Translations under genes and position numbers: made by a program
In this document: positions 45,201-57,200 of the stretch, one piece after another
Layout of the letters: every line of letters begins with the position of its first letter
Position numbering within the stretch: position 1 is the stretch's first letter
The notes under the pieces: generated by a model
Database searches by the model: none
What the model was told of the DNA's origin: nothing
The model's input: only the letters and a program-made list of their open reading frames with translations
Source: Phoronis australis
Taxonomy: Eukaryota > Animalia > Phoronida
DNA length: 64,000 nucleotides
Assembly: GCA_002633005.1 (NCBI GenBank)
Contig: NMRA01000278.1
Location: 412,283-476,282, forward strand
Direction: 5' to 3'

Positions 45201-48200
45201 GGTAAAATATTTAAGTAGTACTACGTTTTTGACATTTTAGAAAGAATAGGCAGTTTGATATACTTGGAAATAGATGGTAAAAATTTTCCCATGTTGTGGA
45301 AAATTAAGTGACCATTGAGTGAGTGTAAGAAGTAAATTAATTTAAAAAATACACGGCCTCTGTGACAATCTTCATTTGGACATTCTAACTAATTTACAGC
45401 ATTGCAACCATCGTGAAGGCAGAAAAAGTATTCCTAAGTTAAAATTGTTATTTTCTAGTCTTCAGCAAAATGCTAGAGTTGCATTTTGTTTTGATAACCA
45501 ACGAAGTGTTACCAATAACATTTGAAAACAATTCTCAGGTTACTTTCTAGTTTTTCATCAAAAAAATTTGATTAAGGTGACTTGCCAATAAGAATTTTGA
45601 CTTACCGTATGTTTCTCTTTATTCAGATTAGAAGTGAACTTAGGATTTGGCAAGAACTGATATTTTGATGTTTCCTCCGACCAAGCTCAAGCTTGAGCCT
45701 GGTGAAATTTTATGAGCCTGTTCTCTGGCAATAAGAAACTCTGTTCTCTAAAAGACTGAAATCACTTGAAATTTGACTAAGGAACAATTTACAATCGGTA
45801 TATGGCTTAAATCAACATTTTTAAATGAAACCAGGGTTTAATGCCACTTTAACAGAAAAATTTGAACTTTTCTAACCAAGAAAGAAATGGTTTGAAATTC
45901 ATCCAACAATGAAGACGGTCCACATCAATGAACGTCCAGCAGCGTCAACATCACTTCTTGCCTATTACTGTAAGTTATAATTACCATTTTATGAAGTCCT
46001 ATTGCTGTAAGTTATACTCACCATTTTCTTAAGACCTGTTGCACCATAGCCAACCTTGAGGGGAGTGTCATCAGTGCTGTAGATGGCGATCATCTTCCTG
46101 ACTTCAACGATGGCAAAGGCTAAGTCAGTCTTAAGGGAGGCCAAGTCTTCTCCGGGGGTCATCCAGTACGGCAAGCGACCATCTTTGATAGGCATATTGA
46201 TTTCTATACGCTTCTTGGCACCCATCAGCATAAACATTGCCATGGCAGCCCTGTAAGACAATTTACTACCATCACCAATATCACCATATGAACCAATACT
46301 GGTCCTTTATAACCACGACCAGCATCATCGTCACGGTTACGCTGCACTGCCTTTATGGTTATGGTAACCACTATAGCTGTCGTTAGTCATCACCACCTTG
46401 GTTTTTGGTGTCACCATCGCCATATTCGTCATGGTCATAATCGTTATTGCAGTTGTCATTGTCATTAGCGTGATCATCACAACCATCCTGACCATTATCA
46501 CCAATTTAACAACACCATCTAGTGTCAGACTTATTGATTTCAAGTTTATTGATCAAGAGTGGTTTCAGTGATCTCCGCATTTGAAAACTTAAAGATGTCG
46601 GGAGCGTGCAAATGCCAACAAACGTGCCAGAAACAATTGATTACAATTGGCCTTCAATGTCAGTTTCAATGGCCTATGGCCAATTAAGTTCGATTCAACT
46701 CATTATGTTCTTGTTAATGATCCCGACGCTATTTTCCAAACTGGTTGCTATTTTTTAAACAGGTCACTCAAATGTCTCTCAAGGAGAGACAAACAGGTCG
46801 CGACGAAATGTACTTTGTGCTTCAGTGGCAAGCAAGGACTCTCCAGCGAAGTATTGAATATCTACAGCANTCTAAAAGACTGAAATCACTTGAAATTTGA
46901 CTAAGGAACAATTTACAATCGGCATATGGCTTAAATCAACATTTTTAAATGAAACCAGGGTTTAATGCCACTTTAACAGATGAATTTGAACTTTTCTAAC
47001 CAAGAAAGAAATGGTTTGAAATTCATCCAACAATGAAGACGGTCCACATCAATGAACGTCCAGCAGCGTTAACATCACTTCTCGCCTATTGCTGTGAGTT
47101 ATAATTACCATTTTATGAAGTCCTATTGCTGTAAGTTATACTTACCATTTTCTTAAGTCCTGTTGCACCATAGCCAACCTTGAGGGGAGTGTCATCAGTG
47201 CTGTAGATGGCGATCATCTTCCTGACTTCGACGATGGCGAAGGCTAAGTCAGTCTTAAGGGAGGCCAAGTCTTCTCCGGGGGTCATCCAGTACGGCAAGC
47301 GACCATCTTTGATAGGCATATTGATTTCTATACGCTTCTTGGCACCCATCAGCATAAACATTGCCATAGCAGCCCTGCAAGACAATTTAATATCATCACC
47401 AATATCACCATATGAACCAATACTGGTCCTTTATAACCACGACCAGCATCATCGTCACGGTTACGCTGCACTGCCTTTATGGTTATGGTAACCACCATAG
47501 CTGTCGTTACAGTCATCACCACCTTGGTTTTTGGTGTCACCATCGCCATATTCGTCATGGTCATAATCGTTATTGCAGTTGTCATTGTCATTAGCGTGAT
47601 CATCACAACCATCCTGACCATTATCACCAATTTAACAACACCATCTAGTGTCAGACTTATTGATTTCAAGTTTATTGATCAAGAGTGGTTTCAGTGTTCT
47701 CCGCATTTGAAAACTTAAAGATGTCGGGAGCGTGCAAATGCCAACAAACGTGCCAGAAACAATTGATTACAATTGGCCTTCAATGTCAGTTTCAATGGCC
47801 TATGGCCAGTTAAGTTCGATTCAACTCATTATGTTCTTGTTAATGATCCCGACGCCATTTTCCAAGCTGGTTGCTATTTTTTAAACAGGTCACTCAAATG
47901 TCTCGCAAGGAGAGACAAACAGGTCGCGACGAAATTTACTTTGGGCTTCAGTGGCAAGCAAGGACTCTCCAGCGAAGTATTGAAAATCTACAGCATCCGT
48001 AAGACAAAGCATCCAGGCACGACAGACAAGGCCAAAAGCAAATGTAGGCAAAATACCTTTTCCCGCCAACTTGGTTGGAAACTGTGATCATTCATTAAAA
48101 TGACAAGCAGAATGTACATACAGGAACCAGAACATACATACCATATTAAGCAGAATGCACACACCGTAAGCAAACTGCACGTAACTGTAAGCAGCATGTG

Positions 48201-51200
48201 CACAACTGTGAGCAGCATGCGCACACCGTGAGCAGAATGCACATACTGTAAGCAGAATGTACATACCGTATGAAGGCCTGCATCAGACCTTTCATAGCAC
48301 TCTGCGGAGCCGAGATCAGCTCACCCAGGGAGTCGACAATCTGAGATCCAACCTTCTGGAACTGTGTTATGGCGTATGGAATGGTGACTTGAACAGAGTC
48401 TAGCATGGCCTGCCAGAAATGAGAAATTCATTCTCTTAACAACACAACTTGCAAAGAAAATGTAAACTGTTTGAATTGACTTTCAGTCAACTGTCCCAAA
48501 CAGTCACAATGTGTGCGCAATGCAATACAGTTTAATATGAAACCAGCTGATGGGCTGAAATAAAAATATCGACAAGGTGCTGTTTGTCATATTTGTTGTG
48601 TAGCAAATTCCAGGTGTGCCCTTCCTAATACTCCCAGCAGATAAGAGTCATATTGGTGTACAGAGGTTACATTATGTTGCAATTAGTGGAGGGTGGAAAT
48701 GACCTTTGATACTATTAGAAGTATTATTACAAACATAGACCTATTAAGAAGGTAAATTTTGAATATTTTTAAAAATCATTAATCAAAATAAATTTGATGT
48801 AATATTGAAATTACCGTGATGAAATTTTCAATGTCCATCTTAATGTCAGAGATGAAGAACTTGATGCGTAGCACGACTTTGCGCACAGCCTTGACCCAGG
48901 GGAGACAATCGGTTGTCTTCCCCGTCCAGGATGCGAGTGCCTCTGCGGTCTTCACAATATTCTTAGGGAGATCAATAATGGTTTGCACGAATGCCTTGAA
49001 AATACCCTGTGTTAGGATAGAATAATAGTAAAATGTGAGTGACATGTCAGAGGTTGAACAGGGGAGATAAAAATACTGACATATCAGTGACAGAAAAAGA
49101 AAAGAATGAGAAATCTTTGTGCGACGTGTCACAAATCGACAGTAGACTTTAAAAATCATGTCCACAATTGAAAACGGGAGCAGAAGGTAGATTTTGAGTG
49201 ATACATCAGCAGCTGAACAGTGGAGAGGCTGATAGACTTTGAGTGACACATCAGTACATACACACCTCTATTCCACCATTTTCTCCCACAGTTTGGAAGA
49301 TTCCCATGAAGTTGTTGACAGCCGTCTCGATGGGTGTGACGAACTGAGCATACAGGGTGTCGAAAATATTCACCAGGTCTTGCATAGAGTTGATGCCAAA
49401 CTCCTGAAATGACATCAATAAAACTGAAGGATTCCGCAGAGCTGTGGCAAAATCCATTGCCAATAGATGTCAGGCTGATTGTTGGGCTAGGTGCTAAATT
49501 ATATTAACATTACGTCTGTCGCAGGTTATTTACTTGAAGCTGATTGGAACAACGCACTTAAAACAACATGTCTGGCACAGTTAGATACGGAAGACTCAAC
49601 CTTCACTTTGAGAGTCCATAATGTTAATGATGGAGAAACATAGCCTGCACACCCCATGCAATTCACCTGCAGTCCTTTTTTTGTTTTGGCAGGTGGTCAT
49701 CATGACTCTACTGTCGTACAGTAGAAGTTTATACTGATATAATTTACAGTACTGTTAAATGCAGACCGTCACAATCCAGCATTGATAATTAATTGTTACC
49801 ATACGTCTCTTGGGGCAGGTCTAAGACATAACAAAATAGGAATATTATGCTAGTGCCAGTGGCAAGAACAAGGCCAACAGAACGGGCAGTGGTATTGGCA
49901 GTGGCAGGAACGAAGCCAACAGAATGTGCAACAGTACTGGTAGTGGCAAGGGAAATGCTAATGGCAAGCTACCATTACTTTCTCTCAACTATAAAGATAT
50001 AAACTCAAAGATACGCCTAGGATGAACTGACAATGTGTTGTTGTTTGAGGCCACGACAGGCACACAACATGGCTACAGCAGGGTCAAATAAAACTTATTG
50101 AGCTTGGCTTTAATTGTAGCAATCTGACAGTTATTGCACCGTCTACAGATCACTTCCTCTTTGTCAGAATGCAACATTTACCTTGGCCATGTTGAGGTTG
50201 TACCGAATGAACCCACGGAAACAGACTTGGAGCCTGAACATATCCAGTTTAATGTTGAGGATGCCAACATTAGCCTCAGCATAAGCAGTATCGTAGATGT
50301 CAATCATAAACATGCCTTCAAGGGGTTCTGAAACATCGAGTATATAACGTGTTATAGATGTCAATCATCAGAAGACATGCCTTCAAGCATAGGTTCTGTC
50401 ACAAGCTGTATTTGGTCAGTCACTAAAGGTTGATCAACTCAAGAACTTGAGCAACTTAACATATCGCAAATACTTATGTGGCCGCTAGCTACCTAATCCA
50501 ACTTAAACAACCTTGGAAAATGGAGCAAGTTGCACCCAGATCAGGGTGATGTAAGTTACCTGACTGTGTGACCAGGCATCTGATGCGAGACGAAAGAAAA
50601 CAAAATTAGGTCATCCACCTTTGTTAATTGCGATACACGTGGCGGAGACTTCCTAGTTGCTCAACTGTGTAACCCTGGATTACCAATGATTACAAGAGGC
50701 CAACAAACACTTCTGGTGACAATTTATCACTTTTCGTGAAAACACTCCAGTACAGTTGGTTTACCATAAATTTCATTTCATACATTAGTTTTCAAAACAT
50801 GACAAATTTTTTCTCAAAGTTATTCAAGTTCCTTAGTCCACTGAAATTTTGGCCAAATTGTTTAGAAAATGACAAACAGTAAAAAGAAGTTTGACTAAAG
50901 CAAACATTAAAGTTCCAGGTGACAGAGTAGTTTTGCAAAGTTTCATCCTGAACACTGCTTCAGCACAACTCACTCAAGTCCAAGAACATCTTGTTGCGCA
51001 GAATCACTCCAAATGATGCTCCAATGTCCGTACTCCCAATCACTTTGGTCCAAGAGAAGCCAGGGATTTCAATCTCCCAGTGGAGTCCCTTTTCAAGAAA
51101 CTCCTGCACGCTGCGTTTGTGTTTATTGGATGGTATAACTAACGAAGAGTTACGCCTACAAATTTTATAAGACTTGCATTTTTATTTAACGGCATCAGGA

Positions 51201-54200
51201 ATTCAACCAACCAGTCATCACTGCAAATTGTTAGTCTGGGCTCAACTATTCTGCTATTCGTACGGGGGTAATAAAACAATTATATTCTCAGCCAGGACCA
51301 TAAACTGTTTTAATGGCTATGTGTATAGTTTACACAGTCCAACTAGGACACTCGTATGGCTAAGGAAACTGTTCCTAAAGAACTGCTTTCACTAACCTTG
51401 CATGTTAATTTCAAATGGTCTGTTGTGCATGAAGGACACCCATTATTTAGAACCATTGGCAAAATTCTAAGCCACTAAGCAGACCAGTCAACACCCCTCA
51501 AATTCAAAATGATCATGCTGATTGTTTTTGAACAGGATCCCAGCCAATGAGCTATATTGTCATACAGAATATGGCATAGTGTGTTTTGGGACAAGATTCC
51601 TGACAATAAGTTAAGTCCAGAAAATGTTACGTTAATTTTCTGCTTCTTGGGTGGGTTCGCAGCCAATAAGTTAGAGTGTGGTTCAAAAAATGATTTTTTT
51701 CCAGTGGTATAAAAAAGGCAGCGCCCAGACATCTGGAAGATGTCAAGTGGCTTTTGCTCTAAAGGGGCGCAGGTTTTGGGAACTATGTGCCTGATAGAAT
51801 AATTGAGAAATTGTCACAAAAACAATCAAACTTTCGCACTGTGTTGCATTTACTGTACAAGATGGCAGCTGACAATTTACGCACAGAAAATCTTACACCT
51901 CAGACTGGTTACTGGATGGGATTGCAAATGACCTATGCCTTGAACAATAAGCAATGCGAAATCTGCGATGGATTTTGATAAATGTCCATTTTACAAAATT
52001 TATGGACTTTACTGGCAGTGGCAACTAAACATTATTATTTCAAGCTGAACTGACCTTGAACTCCAATTATGTTCAATGCAACACTTCTGCAAGATGTGGC
52101 TATCATTTTTGGTCAACTTTTTTTAACCCGAACAAAAACAACGGCTAAAATCATCACGTGTTTATTTTTAATTTAAAGACTGACTATGATGCAATGATGT
52201 TTTGTTCAAAATCACTCTCACCAGATCTGCTCACTTGACAGTGGAAATTTAACTTATAACCGCCATATTTTGAACAAAATTGAGAACACTTTACAAGGTC
52301 CCTTTTTGAGACATTAACATGATAATGTATCCAACAAAGGGTACTTGCCTGTATATGATATCTCTCTGAGAATCTGTCAGTTGATAACGCTTGGGATGTT
52401 CTGTGTACGTTCGGTAGGAATGTTGGCGGACGACTTCATTTTCGTCATGGAAACATAGAGTGATGAGAACCTCGGCTGCCTATAGGTAAAAAGCAAATAA
52501 TATCTCATTATGTGACTCAAGAGAATTTTTTTCTACGCTGCCGAGCATCACAACTCTGAAATTTGATAACGTTATTGATACTGCTGTTTTGTCATGATTG
52601 CATCTCGATTTTTTCTGACAAATTTTACAAAAAGACAGGGTCATGTGATCTAATTTACATCAGATCAGTAAAAAGTCAAAACTCAAATTCTACCAAAATT
52701 TCTACTTTCACCACCAGGTGTCTGGAGAACACTACGCACTCCAGCGGGCTATTACCTCATCATGTGGATAGAACTTCATTGCGCTCATTGCGGCCCTACG
52801 CCATGCCGAGTGACCCTGGTTTGGCTCTGCGTATCTCTTGAACAGCTTGAACGAAGTGTGATGCGCAGCGTTGCCTAGAGCATGCAGCATAATCATGCCT
52901 GTGTAGTACTCATAGTCATAGTCCATGTCATCAGCAGAGCGCTTGGTGCGATCTGAAAAACCAACAAGACAACCGATGACTGTTTTAATGGTGGTATTCC
53001 AAGAGACAGGCTGGTGGCAACATATGTAGCACCTGGTCTCAACCAATACACAAATGGAAGTTCTTTCTAAGCTCAAAAACCAACTCCAATCTGACTGGAT
53101 AACAATTTTGAGACCAATTTAGTAAAGTATGGTCTAAATCAAAAGAAGGCAGGTTTATAATCGTTGTATCTTGAAGAAAAATGTTTTAATTCCATTAACC
53201 ATAAGACTTATAACACATTATTTCATAAATAACGTAGTTCAGAAAGCAACACGTTGAATACTTAAAGCCTTAAAGCATACCATTATGATGCTCCAACCAG
53301 GAGGTAAGATGGCCGACAATCTGAGCAGCTCTCGCTGGGTTGGTTTTGTTCAGACTTGATGCCATGCCACCCAAAGTGAGGCAAGCGCGTCGGAGCGTCT
53401 CTGTCTCATTGGTTCTGTTCGGTAGTACTATGTCTATACCTATATAGAAAACACAATGGTTCTGTTCGGTAGTACTATGTCTATACCTATATAGAAAACA
53501 CAATGGTTCTGTTGGGTAGTACTATGTCTACAGCTATATAGAAAACACATATTTGGTTCTATTGGGTAGCACTATGTCTATACCTATATAGAAAACACAT
53601 TACATGGTTAGAGAAGTTGATTCTTAAACGAAAAAAATAAAATTTTGTTGAGCACGTTGAATCCAGTTTTGGTGATTTCTCTTAAAATTTGTCCTGATAC
53701 CAATCGTATTCGCCGAAATAACCGCCCATGCCACTATAAGCGCCCCCCCTAACGTTTTCAGACTTTGCTAAAATAAGTGCCCAGTCCATGAACGTGTACG
53801 TGAGAAAAATGCCTTACCTACAGTCCCATAATTCTACAGTAACGCCTTCAATTTATCAATAATATCCGACATACCTGAAAAAATCATTGTGCGCAAAGTT
53901 TGTACACCACGAGCCTCACCGCGATGTCGGTGTTTAGCCGTAAGTATACACTTCAAACTTCCGCCGTACCCCAAAAAGAATGCAAAAGTTTTGTTGATCT
54001 TGCGAGGAATGTGTCCCACTATGGTCTGGCCTTTCAGGACAGACGCAGCGTACTTGTCAACGGGATTGTATTGACTATTTCCTGCCCTCAACAGGAATCC
54101 GAATTTCTTTGTACACGTGAAAACCACGAATCGAAGATTAATAAAAAATTTGACCACTGTTAAAAGCAAGTGGCCTGGAAGCACGCGCTACATGTACCTG

Positions 54201-57200
54201 TCATCAAAGACATTAGTCGAGAACTATCCATTCATGAAACGGGTAGCATAGCATCAGCAAGAAATAAAAACTGGCACTATATTTAGACAGTTTCTAACAC
54301 CATCAAAAAATTTTGTGTCATTTTTAAGAGGGATTGTTTGATTAATCATACCTGTTGTTCTTAAAGCCAAATATCCGATAAAATGACCACTGAAAGTGAA
54401 TGCTTACACACCCTCCAAGCGAAAAATAACTGTCAGACAGTCACGTACGCATGCAGACACACGACGACTAATGTGGGCCTTAACGAGACAACTGTCAAAC
54501 GTTTTTTCAGCAGATGAGACTGGCAAGTGCTGAATGAAACACGTTCTGCTTTACTGCTTGTGCTAATTTCTTTATATACGATGCACTTCTAGCTCATCAG
54601 ACAGCGTTCCAGTACTCTGGCAAATAAACTCTAGTGACTCACACGCGCTCCCTTACTCACACGCACAGACGAACTTCAAAACAAACGTCACGTTACAACA
54701 ACATGTGTGTTCGTCCAGAGATTTTTCTCGTGTTGCCGGGTCAGCCTATACGGTCACAGGATGGCACGATCTAGCACAGATTTGGACTAAACTTGCCGTT
54801 AATCCCGACTACACGGGAACTCAAAAATCTTAGGGGTGCTATTAGAAAAACTTGAGGAAGATTTCAGGCAATTTGCTTGAGTCAAAAATACTTTTATTCA
54901 AGCATTCAAATTGTTATTATCAACGATTGCAAGGCAGTCAGTCGGCGAGTTTTCGCCCTGGGATTTCAGCATAATATTAATCTGTAAAATGATCGTAATT
55001 TAACAACAACGTTTGATAGTAATGCACTACAATTTAGTAGAAAGTCCGTCATAGGTTACAGATAGGTCACAGAGTGTAAATATGATGAATCTTAGCTTCC
55101 GATTTCACCCCTTTCGGAGACCAGGTTTCAACTGCCTTAGGTTACAATAAGCGCACCCGTCCCCCCGAAACGAAATTTTCTAAGCGCCCTGAGCGGTTAT
55201 TAGGGCGAATATATAATAAGTACCTCATCTAAAAGATGTTTAGTTTTACGTAGTACCAAGCACAGTGGGTGTGTAAAAATAGCTTATTTTCCAACTTAAA
55301 GGAATAAAATTAAAAATTATGCCGCATCAATACTCAATGGCCCCCATGTATTGCTAAAGATGTCATTTTTTACAACAGTAGGGCTACTAAAATTAACATT
55401 GAATATGAGCTTCATTTTATAAACAACTTCAGTCGGGAACTGTATACCAAAACTCTTACCATGGTTCTCAAACTTTTTCCCAAAACAGAGATCCTCCACA
55501 GCCTTGACTGCAACCTAGTGGTAACAAATGCAAACAAAATAAGAGCCAACAGACAAACATGAATGAAACGAACACTGATTACCTAATAAACATCCAGGGC
55601 ATGGCCCAATCATGGGAAACTAGAAAACGAATTACATTTCTCTTTTATATAGAGCCAAAACTAAAAAATCGCATCAAATTTTTTTACCAATTAGTGCTAA
55701 TTGATTTAATTAAACTGTTATACAAAACATGTCCATATTAGACAAAAAGTTAATTCGCTAATGTCGACAAATGTCATTACCTCAATGGGGTGCTCGAGAA
55801 CCAGGAAATGGAACAGCGCTTTCCGCATTTCCTCTGTGTCCTGATTTGGATTGTTAAACACATACTTTAGTATCATTCGCTGGGAGATGGGTGTGTCCAA
55901 GCGAGCGATCATGTCAATCATCACGTGGCGGTCATGGTAACAGACCGTTCCATTCTCGCAGTTGGGGCGGATAGTAAGGTACTTCTCAGCCACCTTCACA
56001 ATGCCTTCATCATTGAGCGCCTTCAACGTGACTCTCAGGCGACGCATACACTCTGTGCGGTTTGTGTTAGCTGGAACAAATGAAATAAATAAAATCATTT
56101 TAAAAATTTGATACCATCTCAAAAATTATCAGCACTTGCAAAGAAATTTAGATACACTGCTATTTAGTTTGAGAATATTTTGTACAACAGATGACAATCA
56201 CCTAAACATCCACTTAGCAAGGCAGATCATATGTCACCTACAAATGACAACACTCCTCCCCTTTCACCTGTTAGCAAACTAATCCTGAAATATACTGCAC
56301 ACATTTGAAATAGCTATCTCTGATTCTGTGAGCTTGATTACATTAATAACTTGCACACTTGATCTATACCAATAATGTACTTCATCAAACTCCATTCCCC
56401 CATAATAACAGACAAACACGTGTTTTTCCACTTACTATGACAGCCAATTCCCCTTCAACTTAACCCACTCCCTACAAAGTGATGGTCCAGCTAAGACACT
56501 GAGCAAATGNTGCCGTCATGGTATTCCCTTATTATCACAGGGACTACTAATTATTTTGATGGATGGACATTTTACTATAACAACAGTCTCGTCACTCCCG
56601 CGTGGTGAAATACGGAAAAACCTACTTTTGACAGGTGTCACTCGACTACAATTCATCTCAGTTTCAATATCGCTCATGGCTGTTTCAATGTCAGAGATAA
56701 CTAGTGCTTGAGGCTGTAACAACAAAAATTGGACAAGTGATATAACAACATACAAAATGAATGTTAGAATAAAGAGAACCAGGGACAGATTATCGTCATC
56801 TTATTATTTAATAAAGACAAATGTATCAACTCCATGACATAAGAAGAGACAGACCTGAAGTCATTACCAGACTGGTGCCTATAGATGGCGCTGTTCTGAT
56901 AGACCTGAAGTCAATCCATGAATGAAAATGACATTGCCAGACTGGTGCCTATAGATGGCGCTGTTCTCAGAGCCAAGATCTGCCAGTAAGACAGTAAACA
57001 CAATGCTGCCTGATTTAACAGTAAATTAACAGTGAAGTGAATATTCATTGTCTCAACACAATGGTGGATACGCGCCAATCTAGGAGGCATCAAACTGCCC
57101 ATTGTAACAAAAGATTTTATTGCGAACATTAAATTTTATTCACACAACATGGCATTGTACATTTCACAGCCTCTAAGAAACCCTCAGGAATGACACTGTT

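Larger units (their letters stand above)
45747..47995. other. ~1.12-kb direct duplication flanking N 46870 (probable uncollapsed haplotypes), duplicating exon E15
   Basis: 45747-46869 matches 46871-47995 with scattered SNPs and small indels; breakpoint exactly at the N. Confidence 0.85.

Noticed and set aside
45606-45747. Segment with a good acceptor and donor between E15 and E16
   Set aside because: Stops in all three frames; a 51-nt sub-exon is possible but has a weak acceptor and is not needed for frame.
46337-47718. Met/Thr/Val- and His-rich ORFs
   Set aside because: Cryptic trinucleotide (cat/cac) low-complexity intron sequence, present twice because of the duplication.
923-48087. Numerous plus-strand ORFs of 60-150 aa (e.g. 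923-1276, 2130-2552, 13275-13733, 28209-28583)
   Set aside because: Antisense shadows of minus-strand exons or AT-rich intron noise; no coherent plus-strand exon chain or recognisable domains.
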